A DNA stretch of 32,000 bases from contig NC_002939.5 in the NCBI RefSeq assembly GCF_000007985.2, forward strand, positions 540,001 through 572,000, written 5' to 3'. Numbering within the stretch: position 1 is the stretch's first letter; every line of letters starts with the position of its first letter. Shown here piece by piece: positions 25,957 to 32,000 of this stretch. Made by a program: the position numbers and the translations under genes. The DNA is from Geobacter sulfurreducens PCA (GTDB lineage: Bacteria > Desulfobacterota > Desulfuromonadia > Geobacterales > Geobacteraceae). The notes under the pieces were generated by a model that was not told the origin of the DNA, did not search any database, and worked only from the letters and a program-made list of their open reading frames with translations.

Positions 25957-26166
25957 ATGGAACTGAAAAATAAGATCTGGATGACGGGCAACCTTGACTG
26001 GTTTGCCTATATCGGCGACGAAGAGGTGTGGCTCGGTCGCCGTGAGGTGCCGATCCCCCTTGATGAAGGGGACCGCTGGACGAATTCGCTCGGCTTTGTG
26101 TTCGAGGTCAGGAACGCGGAGATCGTCGTGGTTGAGAAGGTGGAGCCACCGAATATCACGTGGTAA
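25957..26166 (+). CDS. Small hypothetical protein (69 aa) with no recognisable family.
   Basis: The track ORF is 25900-26166 (TTG start inside the predicted promoter). The in-frame ATG at 25957 (MELKNKIWMTGNLDWFAYIGDEEVWLGRREVPIPLDEGDRWTNSLGFVFEVRNAEIVVVEKVEPPNITW) follows GGAGGA. Third-position bias looks coding-like. I see no signal peptide or TM segment. Confidence 0.5.
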   Translation: MELKNKIWMTGNLDWFAYIGDEEVWLGRREVPIPLDEGDRWTNSLGFVFEVRNAEIVVVEKVEPPNITW

Positions 26167-26256
26167 ATTCCTTCGAACTATCAGCTTGTTGAGTTGTTTT
26201 TCTTTCGTGGTACCATTAATTCTGTGCGGCATTTCCTGTCTGGAGGTGGCACAGCA

Positions 26257-26661
26257 ATGGTGGTACGCGCCCTTGTTGTTTGTCTGGCGGCGCTCTGGGC
26301 GATGTTCTCCCGGGCGCCGTCACTTTACGCCGAAACCGTTTCCCATTTTGGCCAGGTCGTTGATGCGGCTGGTGCCACCGAAGACTGCCTTTCCTGCCAC
26401 GACGGCCAGATCGCCACGGATGTCGGCTACTGCCTCGGTGGATGCGCCCTGTCGTCAGCCCATCCCGTCAATCGTCCCTATCCCCCCCGGGGAAAGGAAC
26501 AATCATTCCGGTCGGCCGATGAGCTGGAGGGGGCGGGCATTCGCTTCATCAACGGCATGATGGTCTGTATCTCCTGCCATGACCTTCACAACCCCGGCCG
26601 GCACCAGTTGGCGATCGAAATGAAGGAGAGCCGCCTCTGTTTTGCCTGTCACCTCAAGTAA
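26257..26661 (+). CDS. Small periplasmic trihaem c-type cytochrome.
   Basis: The track ORF is 26194-26661. The ATG at 26257 follows GGAGGTG. A Sec signal peptide is present (MVVRALVVCLAALWAMFSRAPSLYA/ETV). There are three CxxCH motifs (CLSCH, CISCH, CFACH). The last two are arranged as a paired-CXXCH unit (CISCHDLH...CFACH). Confidence 0.88.
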   Translation: MVVRALVVCLAALWAMFSRAPSLYAETVSHFGQVVDAAGATEDCLSCHDGQIATDVGYCLGGCALSSAHPVNRPYPPRGKEQSFRSADELEGAGIRFINGMMVCISCHDLHNPGRHQLAIEMKESRLCFACHLK

Positions 26662-26745
26662 TTCCTCTCCAGCTCTGTAGTCACTCCGCTTGTTGATTCA
26701 ACCGTAATTATTTACGGGAATGTAGTGGTGTATGGTTTTGTGTTC

Positions 26746-26775
26746 TTGACAAGGTGAGTAGCAGAATGTTATAGT
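26746..26775 (+). promoter_or_regulatory. Candidate sigma70 promoter of the Rrf2-cysK operon.
   Basis: TTGACA (26746-26751), N18, TATAGT (26770-26775). It lies about 35 nt upstream of the ATG at 26811, which has an AGGGGGGA RBS. Confidence 0.5.
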
Positions 26776-26810
26776 TGGCATCACGTAGACACTAAGGCGA
26801 AGGGGGGATT

Positions 26811-27275
26811 ATGAAGCTCTCAACGAAAAGCCGGTACGGGCTTCGGGCTATTTTCGACATTGCGTACAATTCGGGGTCCCTGCCGGCGCAGGTGCAGGAC
26901 ATATCCCGGCGCCAGGGCATTTCACCCCGTTATCTGGAGCAGATCTTCCAGGGGCTCAAGCGGGCCGGCATCCTCAAGAGCAAGAGGGGTCCCCAGGGGG
27001 GGTACTGCCTGGCCAAAAAGCCGGAAGAGATCACCGTTGCCGACGTGCTTCTCGCCACCGAGCGCGATATCAATCTGGTTGAGTGTACCAGCAAGAGAAA
27101 GAAAAAAGGGGAATGTACCTTTGACGGGACCTGCGTGACCCAGGAGCTCTGGTGCGAGGCGGGAGCGAAGCTCCTTGATTTCTTCTCGGGCTTCACGGTC
27201 AAGGATCTGTGCGACCGGGGACAGCAGATGGGGGTCAAGCGGGAGCAGGATCACCGGTTCATGTACTTTATCTGA
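26811..27275 (+). CDS. Rrf2-family transcriptional regulator (IscR/NsrR-like, three-Cys cluster-binding type).
   Basis: 154-aa ORF with the Rrf2 N-terminus [18 protein letters not shown] and a wHTH ([29 protein letters not shown]). Three Cys residues sit in the ligand loop ([20 protein letters not shown]). It ends 20 nt upstream of cysK. Confidence 0.9.
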   Translation: MKLSTKSRYGLRAIFDIAYNSGSLPAQVQDISRRQGISPRYLEQIFQGLKRAGILKSKRGPQGGYCLAKKPEEITVADVLLATERDINLVECTSKRKKKGECTFDGTCVTQELWCEAGAKLLDFFSGFTVKDLCDRGQQMGVKREQDHRFMYFI

Positions 27276-27295
27276 CATGCGGGAAGGAGACATTC

Positions 27296-28219
27296 ATGCC
27301 GCTACTAACCAACGACAAGGTAATCGAGCAGATCGGCAATACCCCTCTCCTGAGACTGGCAAAGCTTGAGCGAAAGGGTTCGGCAGCCGTATTCGGCAAG
27401 GCGGAGTTCTTCAACCCCGGCGGCAGCATCAAGGATCGTATCTGCCTCGCCATGATCGAGGCCGCCGAGCGTGACGGCACCCTCAAGCCCGGCGCCACGG
27501 TGGTGGAGCCCACCAGCGGCAATACGGGCATCGGCCTGTCCATGATCTGCGCGGTCAAGGGGTACAAGCTCATCCTGACCATGCCCGATACCATGACTGT
27601 GGAGCGGCGGCGGCTGCTGGCGGCGTACGGCGCCGAACTGATCCTCACCCCCGGCGCCCAGGGGATGCGCGGGGCCGTTATGAAGGCGGAGGAACTGGCG
27701 GCCCAGCCGGGGCACGTGATGATGCACCAGTTCAAGAACCCGGCAAACCCGGATATCCATCGCCGGACCACGGGGCCGGAGATCGTGGAAACCCTGTCCG
27801 GCACGACCATCGACGCCTTCGTGGCGGGGGTGGGCACCGGCGGCACCATCACCGGCGTCGGCGAGGTGCTCAGGACGCACAACTCCTCGGTGCGGGTCGT
27901 GGCGGTGGAGCCGGCTGATTCGCCGGTCCTCTCGGGAGGCCAGCCCGGTCCCCACAAGATCCAGGGAATCGGAGCCGGCTTCGTTCCCGATGTGCTCAAT
28001 ACCAAGGTGTATGACGAGATCATCACCGTTTCCAACGACGATGCCTATGCCACCGTGCGCGACTTGGCCCGCGAGGAGGGCATCCTCGTCGGCATCTCCT
28101 CAGGTGCCAACGTCTTCGCCGCCCTTCAGGTGGCTGCCAAGCTCGGGCCGGGCAAGAACGTGGTAACGATCCTGTGCGACACCGGCGAGCGGTACCTTTC
28201 CACCGGGGTGTTCGACTGA
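27296..28219 (+). CDS. cysK: Cysteine synthase A (O-acetylserine sulfhydrylase).
   Basis: The track ORF is 27209-28219. The ATG at 27296 ([21 protein letters not shown]...) follows GGAAGGAGA. PLP-enzyme motifs are present: NPGGSIKDR (PLP Lys), PTSGNTGIG and [10 protein letters not shown]. Confidence 0.93.
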   Translation: MPLLTNDKVIEQIGNTPLLRLAKLERKGSAAVFGKAEFFNPGGSIKDRICLAMIEAAERDGTLKPGATVVEPTSGNTGIGLSMICAVKGYKLILTMPDTMTVERRRLLAAYGAELILTPGAQGMRGAVMKAEELAAQPGHVMMHQFKNPANPDIHRRTTGPEIVETLSGTTIDAFVAGVGTGGTITGVGEVLRTHNSSVRVVAVEPADSPVLSGGQPGPHKIQGIGAGFVPDVLNTKVYDEIITVSNDDAYATVRDLAREEGILVGISSGANVFAALQVAAKLGPGKNVVTILCDTGERYLSTGVFD

Positions 28220-28246
28220 TCGCCGCTCCTCGTCCGATTCAACCGC

Positions 28247-28272
28247 AACGCCCCTCACGGGGCGTTTTTTTT
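28247..28272 (+). terminator. Rho-independent terminator after cysK.
   Basis: AACGCCCC-TCAC-GGGGCGTT followed by a T8 run (the stem's last two T plus six more, 28265-28272). Confidence 0.85.
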
Positions 28273-28282
28273 GAGGTGTCCG

Positions 28283-29092
28283 ATGGAACAAACGCATCTG
28301 AAATATGAACAACTCAAGGCCATCCTCCGGGAGATGGGGTCGGTGCTCGTCGCCTTTTCCGGAGGGGTCGATTCCACGTTCCTGCTCAGGGTGGCCCACG
28401 GCCTGCTGGGCGACAAGGCCGTTGCGTTCACCGCCACGTCGCCCACCTATCCGGAATCGGAGTTCCGGGAGGCTGTCGGGCTTGCCCGGTCAATGGGGGC
28501 CAGGCAGGTGGTGGTGGAGTCCAATGAACTTGAAATTCCCGGGTTCGCCTTCAACCCCCGCAATCGCTGCTATCACTGCAAGAAGGAGCTCTTCGGTCTC
28601 TGCGGTCGCACGGCGGCGGAACTGGGGCTCGCCTGGGTGGCCGACGGCAGCAATTGCGACGACCTGGACGATTATCGCCCCGGCCGGGCCGCGGCCGGCG
28701 AACTGGGGGTCCGCAGTCCCCTGGTGGAGGCGGGGCTCACCAAGGCTGATATCCGGGAACTGTCACGCGAACTGGGTCTTCCCACCTGGGACAAGCAGGC
28801 CTTTGCCTGCCTGTCGAGCCGTTTCCCTTACGGAACGGAGATCACGCCCGAGCGGCTCCGGATGGTGGGTGCCTGCGAGGAGTTCCTCAGGGAGAACGGC
28901 TTCCGCGTCTACCGGGTGAGGTTTCATGGCGACACCGCCCGGATCGAGACGGCGCCGGAGGAAATCCCGCGGCTGTTCGACCCCTCCCTGCGTCTCCGCA
29001 TTGCGGCGTTCTTCAGGGAGGCCGGCTTTGCCCATGTGGCCGTTGACCTGGAGGGATACCGAACCGGTTCCATGAATACCGACGCCGGGTGA
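28283..29092 (+). CDS. larE: LarE-like PP-loop ATP pyrophosphatase / sulfur transferase (TIGR00268-type).
   Basis: The track ORF starts at TTG 28271, inside the terminator T-run. I prefer the ATG at 28283 (MEQTHLKYEQLKAILREMGS...) behind GAGGTG (28273-28278). Motifs are the PP-loop AFSGGVDSTFLL, NRCYHCKKE (CxxC) and QAFACLSSRFPYGTEIT, the LarE sulfur-donor Cys region. Confidence 0.8.
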   Translation: MEQTHLKYEQLKAILREMGSVLVAFSGGVDSTFLLRVAHGLLGDKAVAFTATSPTYPESEFREAVGLARSMGARQVVVESNELEIPGFAFNPRNRCYHCKKELFGLCGRTAAELGLAWVADGSNCDDLDDYRPGRAAAGELGVRSPLVEAGLTKADIRELSRELGLPTWDKQAFACLSSRFPYGTEITPERLRMVGACEEFLRENGFRVYRVRFHGDTARIETAPEEIPRLFDPSLRLRIAAFFREAGFAHVAVDLEGYRTGSMNTDAG

Positions 29093-29168
29093 TCTTTGTT
29101 TTCCACCTCAAGTCGCGGACTGATCTGCCGATAAGAAAGCATATTCCCTTGGCAGCATCGAGTCCGTC

Positions 29169-31388
29169 ATGCCCTTGCGCAAGAATCACAATCTGAAGGA
29201 AACCCTCCACGAAATGGTTCTCGGCGTATCGGTCGCCGTGGGGGACCAGTTTTTCCACTCCCTGCTGGAGCATCTCACCAGGGCACTGGATGTGGAATAC
29301 GCCTTCATCGCCGAATATACCGACCGGGAGGCCATGCGGGTGAAGACCGTTGCCTTCCGTGCCGACGGGCAGGAGGCGGAGCCCCTTGAATTCGACCTGG
29401 TGGGCACTCCCTGCGAGCGGGTGGTTCTGGATGCCTACTATTGCACTCCTGAAGGGGTCTGCACGCTGTTCCCCCTGGACCATCTGGCCATGGCCATGGG
29501 GGTCGAGGGGTACGCGGGGATCGCCCTGACCGATGCGGCGGGCAACGTTCTGGGGCCGCTGGCCGTCTTGAGCCGCCGGCCGCTGGGCGACAGCGAGCTG
29601 GCGGAAACGATGCTCCGGATCTTCGCGGCCCGCGCCTCGGCCGAGCTGGAGCGGACCAAGGCCGAGCAGGCCCGGCGCGAGCAGCTCCACTTCCTCCAGG
29701 TCCTCATCGACTCCATCCCCCATCCCATCTTCTACAAGGACGCCGACCGGCGTTATATCGGCTGCAATGCCGCCCTGGAATCGTTCATCGGGCGCACGCG
29801 CGAGGAGATTATCGGCAAGACGGTCTTCGACATCGGCGCGGAGGGCCGGGCGCGCATCTGCGATGCCGTGGACCGCAAGCTGCTCGCTAACGGCGGGGTG
29901 GAAAGCTACGACAGCACCATGATCCACACTGACGGCAGCATCCGTGACATCATCTTCAGCAAGACGGTCTTCGGGAATACCGACGGTTCCATCGGCGGCA
30001 TCGTCGGCACGATCCTCGATATCACCGAACGCAAGCGGGCCGAGGAGGCTATCCAGCAACTGGCCTATTTCGATGCGCTCACGGGACTGCCGAACCGGAC
30101 CCTGCTCAGGGACCGCGTCAGCCAGCTGCTGTCCCAGGCGCGGCGGGAGGGGGGAGGTTTCGGCGTCCTGCACCTGGATGTGGACCGGTTCAAAGGGGTG
30201 AATGACTCGCTGGGGCATGCCTGCGGCGACGTTCTGCTCTCCACCGTGGCCGGACGGATCGCTTCGAGTATCCGGGAGAGCGACACCGTGGCGCGGCTGG
30301 GGAGCGACGAGTTCGTGGTGATTCTGCCGGGGGTGGGGCACGAAGAGGACGTGGTGGCGGTCGTCCGCAAGATAGTGGAAGAGCTGAACCGGCCTATCGT
30401 CATCCAGGGTAATGATATCTTCTGCACCGCCAGCATCGGCATCGCCATCTATCCGACGGACGGTTCCAGTGCGGACATCCTGCTCAAAAATGCCGACATG
30501 GCCATGCACAAGGCCAAGGAGTTCGGGGGTGACGGCTACCAGTTCTACTCGAGCGAGTTGAACCACCGGGCCATGGAGCGGCTGACCCTGGAGACCAGCC
30601 TGCGCCGCGCGCTGGAGCGCCGGGAGTTTCTCCTGCACTACCAGCCGCTGCTCGGTATCGGGTCAGGCCGGATTGTCGGGGTGGAGGCACTGTTGCGGTG
30701 GGACTCGCCGGAACTGGGCATGGTGTCGCCGGCCCGTTTCATCCCCCTGGCCGAGGAGACGGGGCTCATCGTGCCGATCGGCGAGTGGGTCCTGCGCTCG
30801 GCCTGCGAACAGCTCAGGGCCCTCCACGAGCTGGGCTACACCGAATTGTGCGTGTCCGTGAACGTGTCGGCGCGGCAGTTCCGGCACGACGGGTTCTGCG
30901 CCATGGTGGCCGCCGTGCTGGCGGCAGTGGGGCTCGATCCCCGGTATCTGGAGCTGGAACTTACCGAGAGCGTCATCATGGAGCGCTCAGAGACGGCCAA
31001 GGGGATTCTGCGGAAGCTGAAGCAGATGGGGGTGTCGCTCGCCATCGATGATTTTGGTACCGGCTACTCATCCCTGAGTTACCTGAAGCACTTTCCCATC
31101 GACCGGCTCAAGATCGACCGCACCTTTGTCAAAGAAGTGACCGTGGACCAGGACAATGCCGCCATTGCCGAGGCGATCGTCGCCCTGGCCCACGTGCTGA
31201 ATCTGGATGTCGTGGCGGAAGGGGTGGAGACCGCCGAACAACTTGCCTTCCTGGCGGCGCTCCGCTGCGACGTGGTCCAGGGGTATCACATCGCCCGTCC
31301 CCTTCCTCCCCGGAATCTGCTCGAATTCCTTGAAGCGCGGCAGGAGGATCGTGCCGCCCGCCCCATGCTCAGGTCACTTCAACCGTAA
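29169..31388 (+). CDS. GAF-PAS-GGDEF-EAL signalling protein. The GGDEF motif is degenerate (GSDEF) and the EAL domain looks intact, so this is a probable c-di-GMP phosphodiesterase.
   Basis: 739-aa ORF. The N-terminal GAF-like domain runs to about residue 170 and is followed by a PAS domain (IPHPIFYKDADRRYIGCNAALESFIG...). The GGDEF domain has RESD-x5-GSDEF. The EAL domain has EALLRW, N (VSVNVS), ELTES, DDFGTGYSS, KIDRTF, EGVET and QGY. The start has a weak RBS, and an alternative ATG exists at 29214. Confidence 0.9.
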   Translation: MPLRKNHNLKETLHEMVLGVSVAVGDQFFHSLLEHLTRALDVEYAFIAEYTDREAMRVKTVAFRADGQEAEPLEFDLVGTPCERVVLDAYYCTPEGVCTLFPLDHLAMAMGVEGYAGIALTDAAGNVLGPLAVLSRRPLGDSELAETMLRIFAARASAELERTKAEQARREQLHFLQVLIDSIPHPIFYKDADRRYIGCNAALESFIGRTREEIIGKTVFDIGAEGRARICDAVDRKLLANGGVESYDSTMIHTDGSIRDIIFSKTVFGNTDGSIGGIVGTILDITERKRAEEAIQQLAYFDALTGLPNRTLLRDRVSQLLSQARREGGGFGVLHLDVDRFKGVNDSLGHACGDVLLSTVAGRIASSIRESDTVARLGSDEFVVILPGVGHEEDVVAVVRKIVEELNRPIVIQGNDIFCTASIGIAIYPTDGSSADILLKNADMAMHKAKEFGGDGYQFYSSELNHRAMERLTLETSLRRALERREFLLHYQPLLGIGSGRIVGVEALLRWDSPELGMVSPARFIPLAEETGLIVPIGEWVLRSACEQLRALHELGYTELCVSVNVSARQFRHDGFCAMVAAVLAAVGLDPRYLELELTESVIMERSETAKGILRKLKQMGVSLAIDDFGTGYSSLSYLKHFPIDRLKIDRTFVKEVTVDQDNAAIAEAIVALAHVLNLDVVAEGVETAEQLAFLAALRCDVVQGYHIARPLPPRNLLEFLEARQEDRAARPMLRSLQP

Positions 31389-31812
31389 TCTGCTTGGGCT
31401 TCACCTCCTCCCGCTTGGGAAGGGTGATGGTGAGGACCCCTTTGTCGGAGCTGGCCCTGACCTTCTCCTGGTCGATGGTGGCGGGGATCGAGAAGCTCCG
31501 CTGGAAGCTGCCGTAGTAGCGTTCCACCCGATGGTAGTTCTCCTTGCGGACCTCTTCCTCGTGCTTGCGTTCGCCCCGGATGGTGAGGGTGTTGTCCTCG
31601 ATCCGCACCTCGATGTCCTTCTGGTCGATGCCGGGCAGCTCGGCCTTGATGATCACCGCGTTTTCATCCTCGAAGATGTCCACGGGGGGCTGCCAGGCCC
31701 CTTCCCGCAACTCTTCCCCGCCCTGCTTGCTCCAGGCCAGATCCAGAAGCCGGTTCATCTGCTCCTGCATATTCATCATGTCGCGAAACGGGCTGTACTT
31801 GACGATTGCCAT
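31369..31812 (-). CDS. Hsp20/alpha-crystallin family small heat-shock protein.
   Basis: The track ORF is 31369-31854. I prefer the ATG at 31812 (MAIVKYSPFRDMMNMQEQMNRLLD...) behind AAGGAGGTG. The alpha-crystallin domain is clear (PPVDIFEDENAVIIKAELPGI...GVLTITLPK). Confidence 0.92.
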   Translation of the reverse strand: MAIVKYSPFRDMMNMQEQMNRLLDLAWSKQGGEELREGAWQPPVDIFEDENAVIIKAELPGIDQKDIEVRIEDNTLTIRGERKHEEEVRKENYHRVERYYGSFQRSFSIPATIDQEKVRASSDKGVLTITLPKREEVKPKQITVEVT

Positions 31813-31854
31813 GACTGCGCACCTCCTTGGTGGTGATGTGTTCGATCTGATCAC

Positions 31855-31882
31855 AACATAATCACCCGTTTTTCAAAGTCAA
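31855..31882 (-). promoter_or_regulatory. Candidate promoter of hsp20 (sigma70-like hexamers with a sigma32-like C-rich -35 context).
   Basis: On the minus strand: CCCCCTTGACT (the -35 TTGACT is at 31882-31877), N16, TATGTT (31860-31855). The CCCTTGA context resembles the E. coli sigma32 -35 (CCCTTGAA). The -10 does not match CCCCATNT well. Confidence 0.35.
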
Positions 31883-31913
31883 GGGGGAGGCCTCCTCTGT
31901 CGGCGCCTCCCCC
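31883..31913. other. GC-rich hairpin directly abutting the hsp20 -35. It may be the terminator of the next minus-strand gene upstream (outside the window) or an insulator.
   Basis: GGGGGAGGC (31883-31891), N13, GCCTCCCCC (31905-31913): a perfect 9-bp stem. On the minus strand it is followed by TTGACTTTG, which is only moderately U-rich. Confidence 0.3.
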
Positions 31914-32000
31914 CTCTCTGTGTACCTATTCACTTGAGCTCGCGCGTGCTGCGGCGTGCTATACCCGCTTCCCCTTGGGAACGCTGTGTTTAAGCTTTTT

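Noticed and set aside
25801-26256. I looked for a GEMM-type cyclic-dinucleotide riboswitch, which is common upstream of Geobacter cytochrome genes, ahead of the small ORF and the cytochrome.
   Set aside because: I could not find the paired-hairpin GEMM core (GNRA loop/receptor, ...GGCAAACC...GGGACGCAAAGCC...). The predicted leader before 25957 is only about 20-30 nt, and the 90-nt gap before 26257 shows no comparable structure. A covariance-model search would be needed for certainty.
26247-26261. TGGCAC-N5-TGGT, resembling a sigma54 -24/-12 element.
   Set aside because: The -12 part does not match TTGC. The element also overlaps the cytochrome SD and start codon, so it cannot serve as that gene's promoter.
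26702-26717. Inverted repeat CCGTAA-TTAT-TTACGG after the cytochrome gene, considered as its terminator.
   Set aside because: It is an AT-rich 6-bp stem with no following U-tract. It is more likely a protein-binding site upstream of the Rrf2 promoter, or it has no function.
29013-30638. 541-aa minus-strand ORF opposite the GGDEF-EAL gene. The long antisense ORFs at 812-1834 (+), 6387-7700 (-), 10705-11904 (+), 12004-13359 (+), 14052-15578 (+), 23725-24843 (+) and 25060-25842 (+) are treated the same way.
   Set aside because: All are antisense to genes with clear family motifs. They show Arg/Gly/Pro/His-biased composition and lack SD sequences. I treat them as GC-driven open frames, not genes.
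1-32000. Scan for tRNA, rRNA, tmRNA and RNase P genes, CRISPR repeats, IS elements, integrases and prophage genes.
   Set aside because: The largest non-coding gaps are 295 nt and 269 nt, and both look like divergent promoter regions. I saw no cloverleaf-like sequences, no regularly spaced repeats and no transposase or integrase-like ORFs. The scan was by eye only.

Overview
This is a visibly GC-rich, tightly packed chromosomal segment with strong G/C bias at third codon positions. It holds 29 protein-coding genes, one of them cut by the left edge. I see no rRNA or tRNA genes, no CRISPR array, and no transposase, integrase or phage genes. The content looks like a Geobacter / Desulfuromonadales core-genome region: an SfrB/SfrA NADPH oxidoreductase pair, a small multihaem c-type cytochrome, a GAF-PAS-GGDEF-EAL protein and an Hsp20. 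From memory it resembles the sfrAB neighbourhood of Geobacter sulfurreducens, but I cannot verify that without a database search. Gene order, left to right: (1) sfrA (partial) and sfrB on the minus strand; (2) an M29-type aminopeptidase, a FapA/DUF342 protein and coaE on the plus strand; (3) an IclR regulator (-) and a UspA protein (+); (4) a four-gene minus-strand operon of DUF4212 small subunit, SSS permease, DUF294-like protein and TIM-barrel enzyme; (5) truD and trmB (-), then a DEAD-box helicase (+); (6) a long minus-strand run of pabB-pabC fusion, TIGR02757/DUF2400, dtd, macro domain, RCK K+ channel, ferredoxin-nitroreductase, nfo, HIT and dapF; (7) on the plus strand a small ORF, a trihaem cytochrome, an Rrf2 regulator, cysK, a larE-like PP-loop sulfur transferase and the GAF-PAS-GGDEF-EAL protein; (8) a convergent hsp20. 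Most of this is housekeeping, and nothing resembles a defence island or mobile element. The observations most worth a second look are: (a) the uncharacterised DUF2400 protein, which reads like a cryptic EndoIII-type Fe-S/HhH-GPD enzyme and is translationally coupled to PabB-PabC; (b) the DUF4212/SSS/DUF294-like/TIM-barrel operon, which has a sensor-less and apparently degenerate nucleotidyltransferase-like protein and a perfect 12-bp palindrome over its predicted -10; (c) the Rrf2(Fe-S type)-cysK-terminator-larE(three-Cys type) arrangement; (d) the small ORF plus trihaem cytochrome pair; (e) a CTGATCAC motif recurring in three leader regions. All functional calls come from motif recognition by eye and memory, not from searches.
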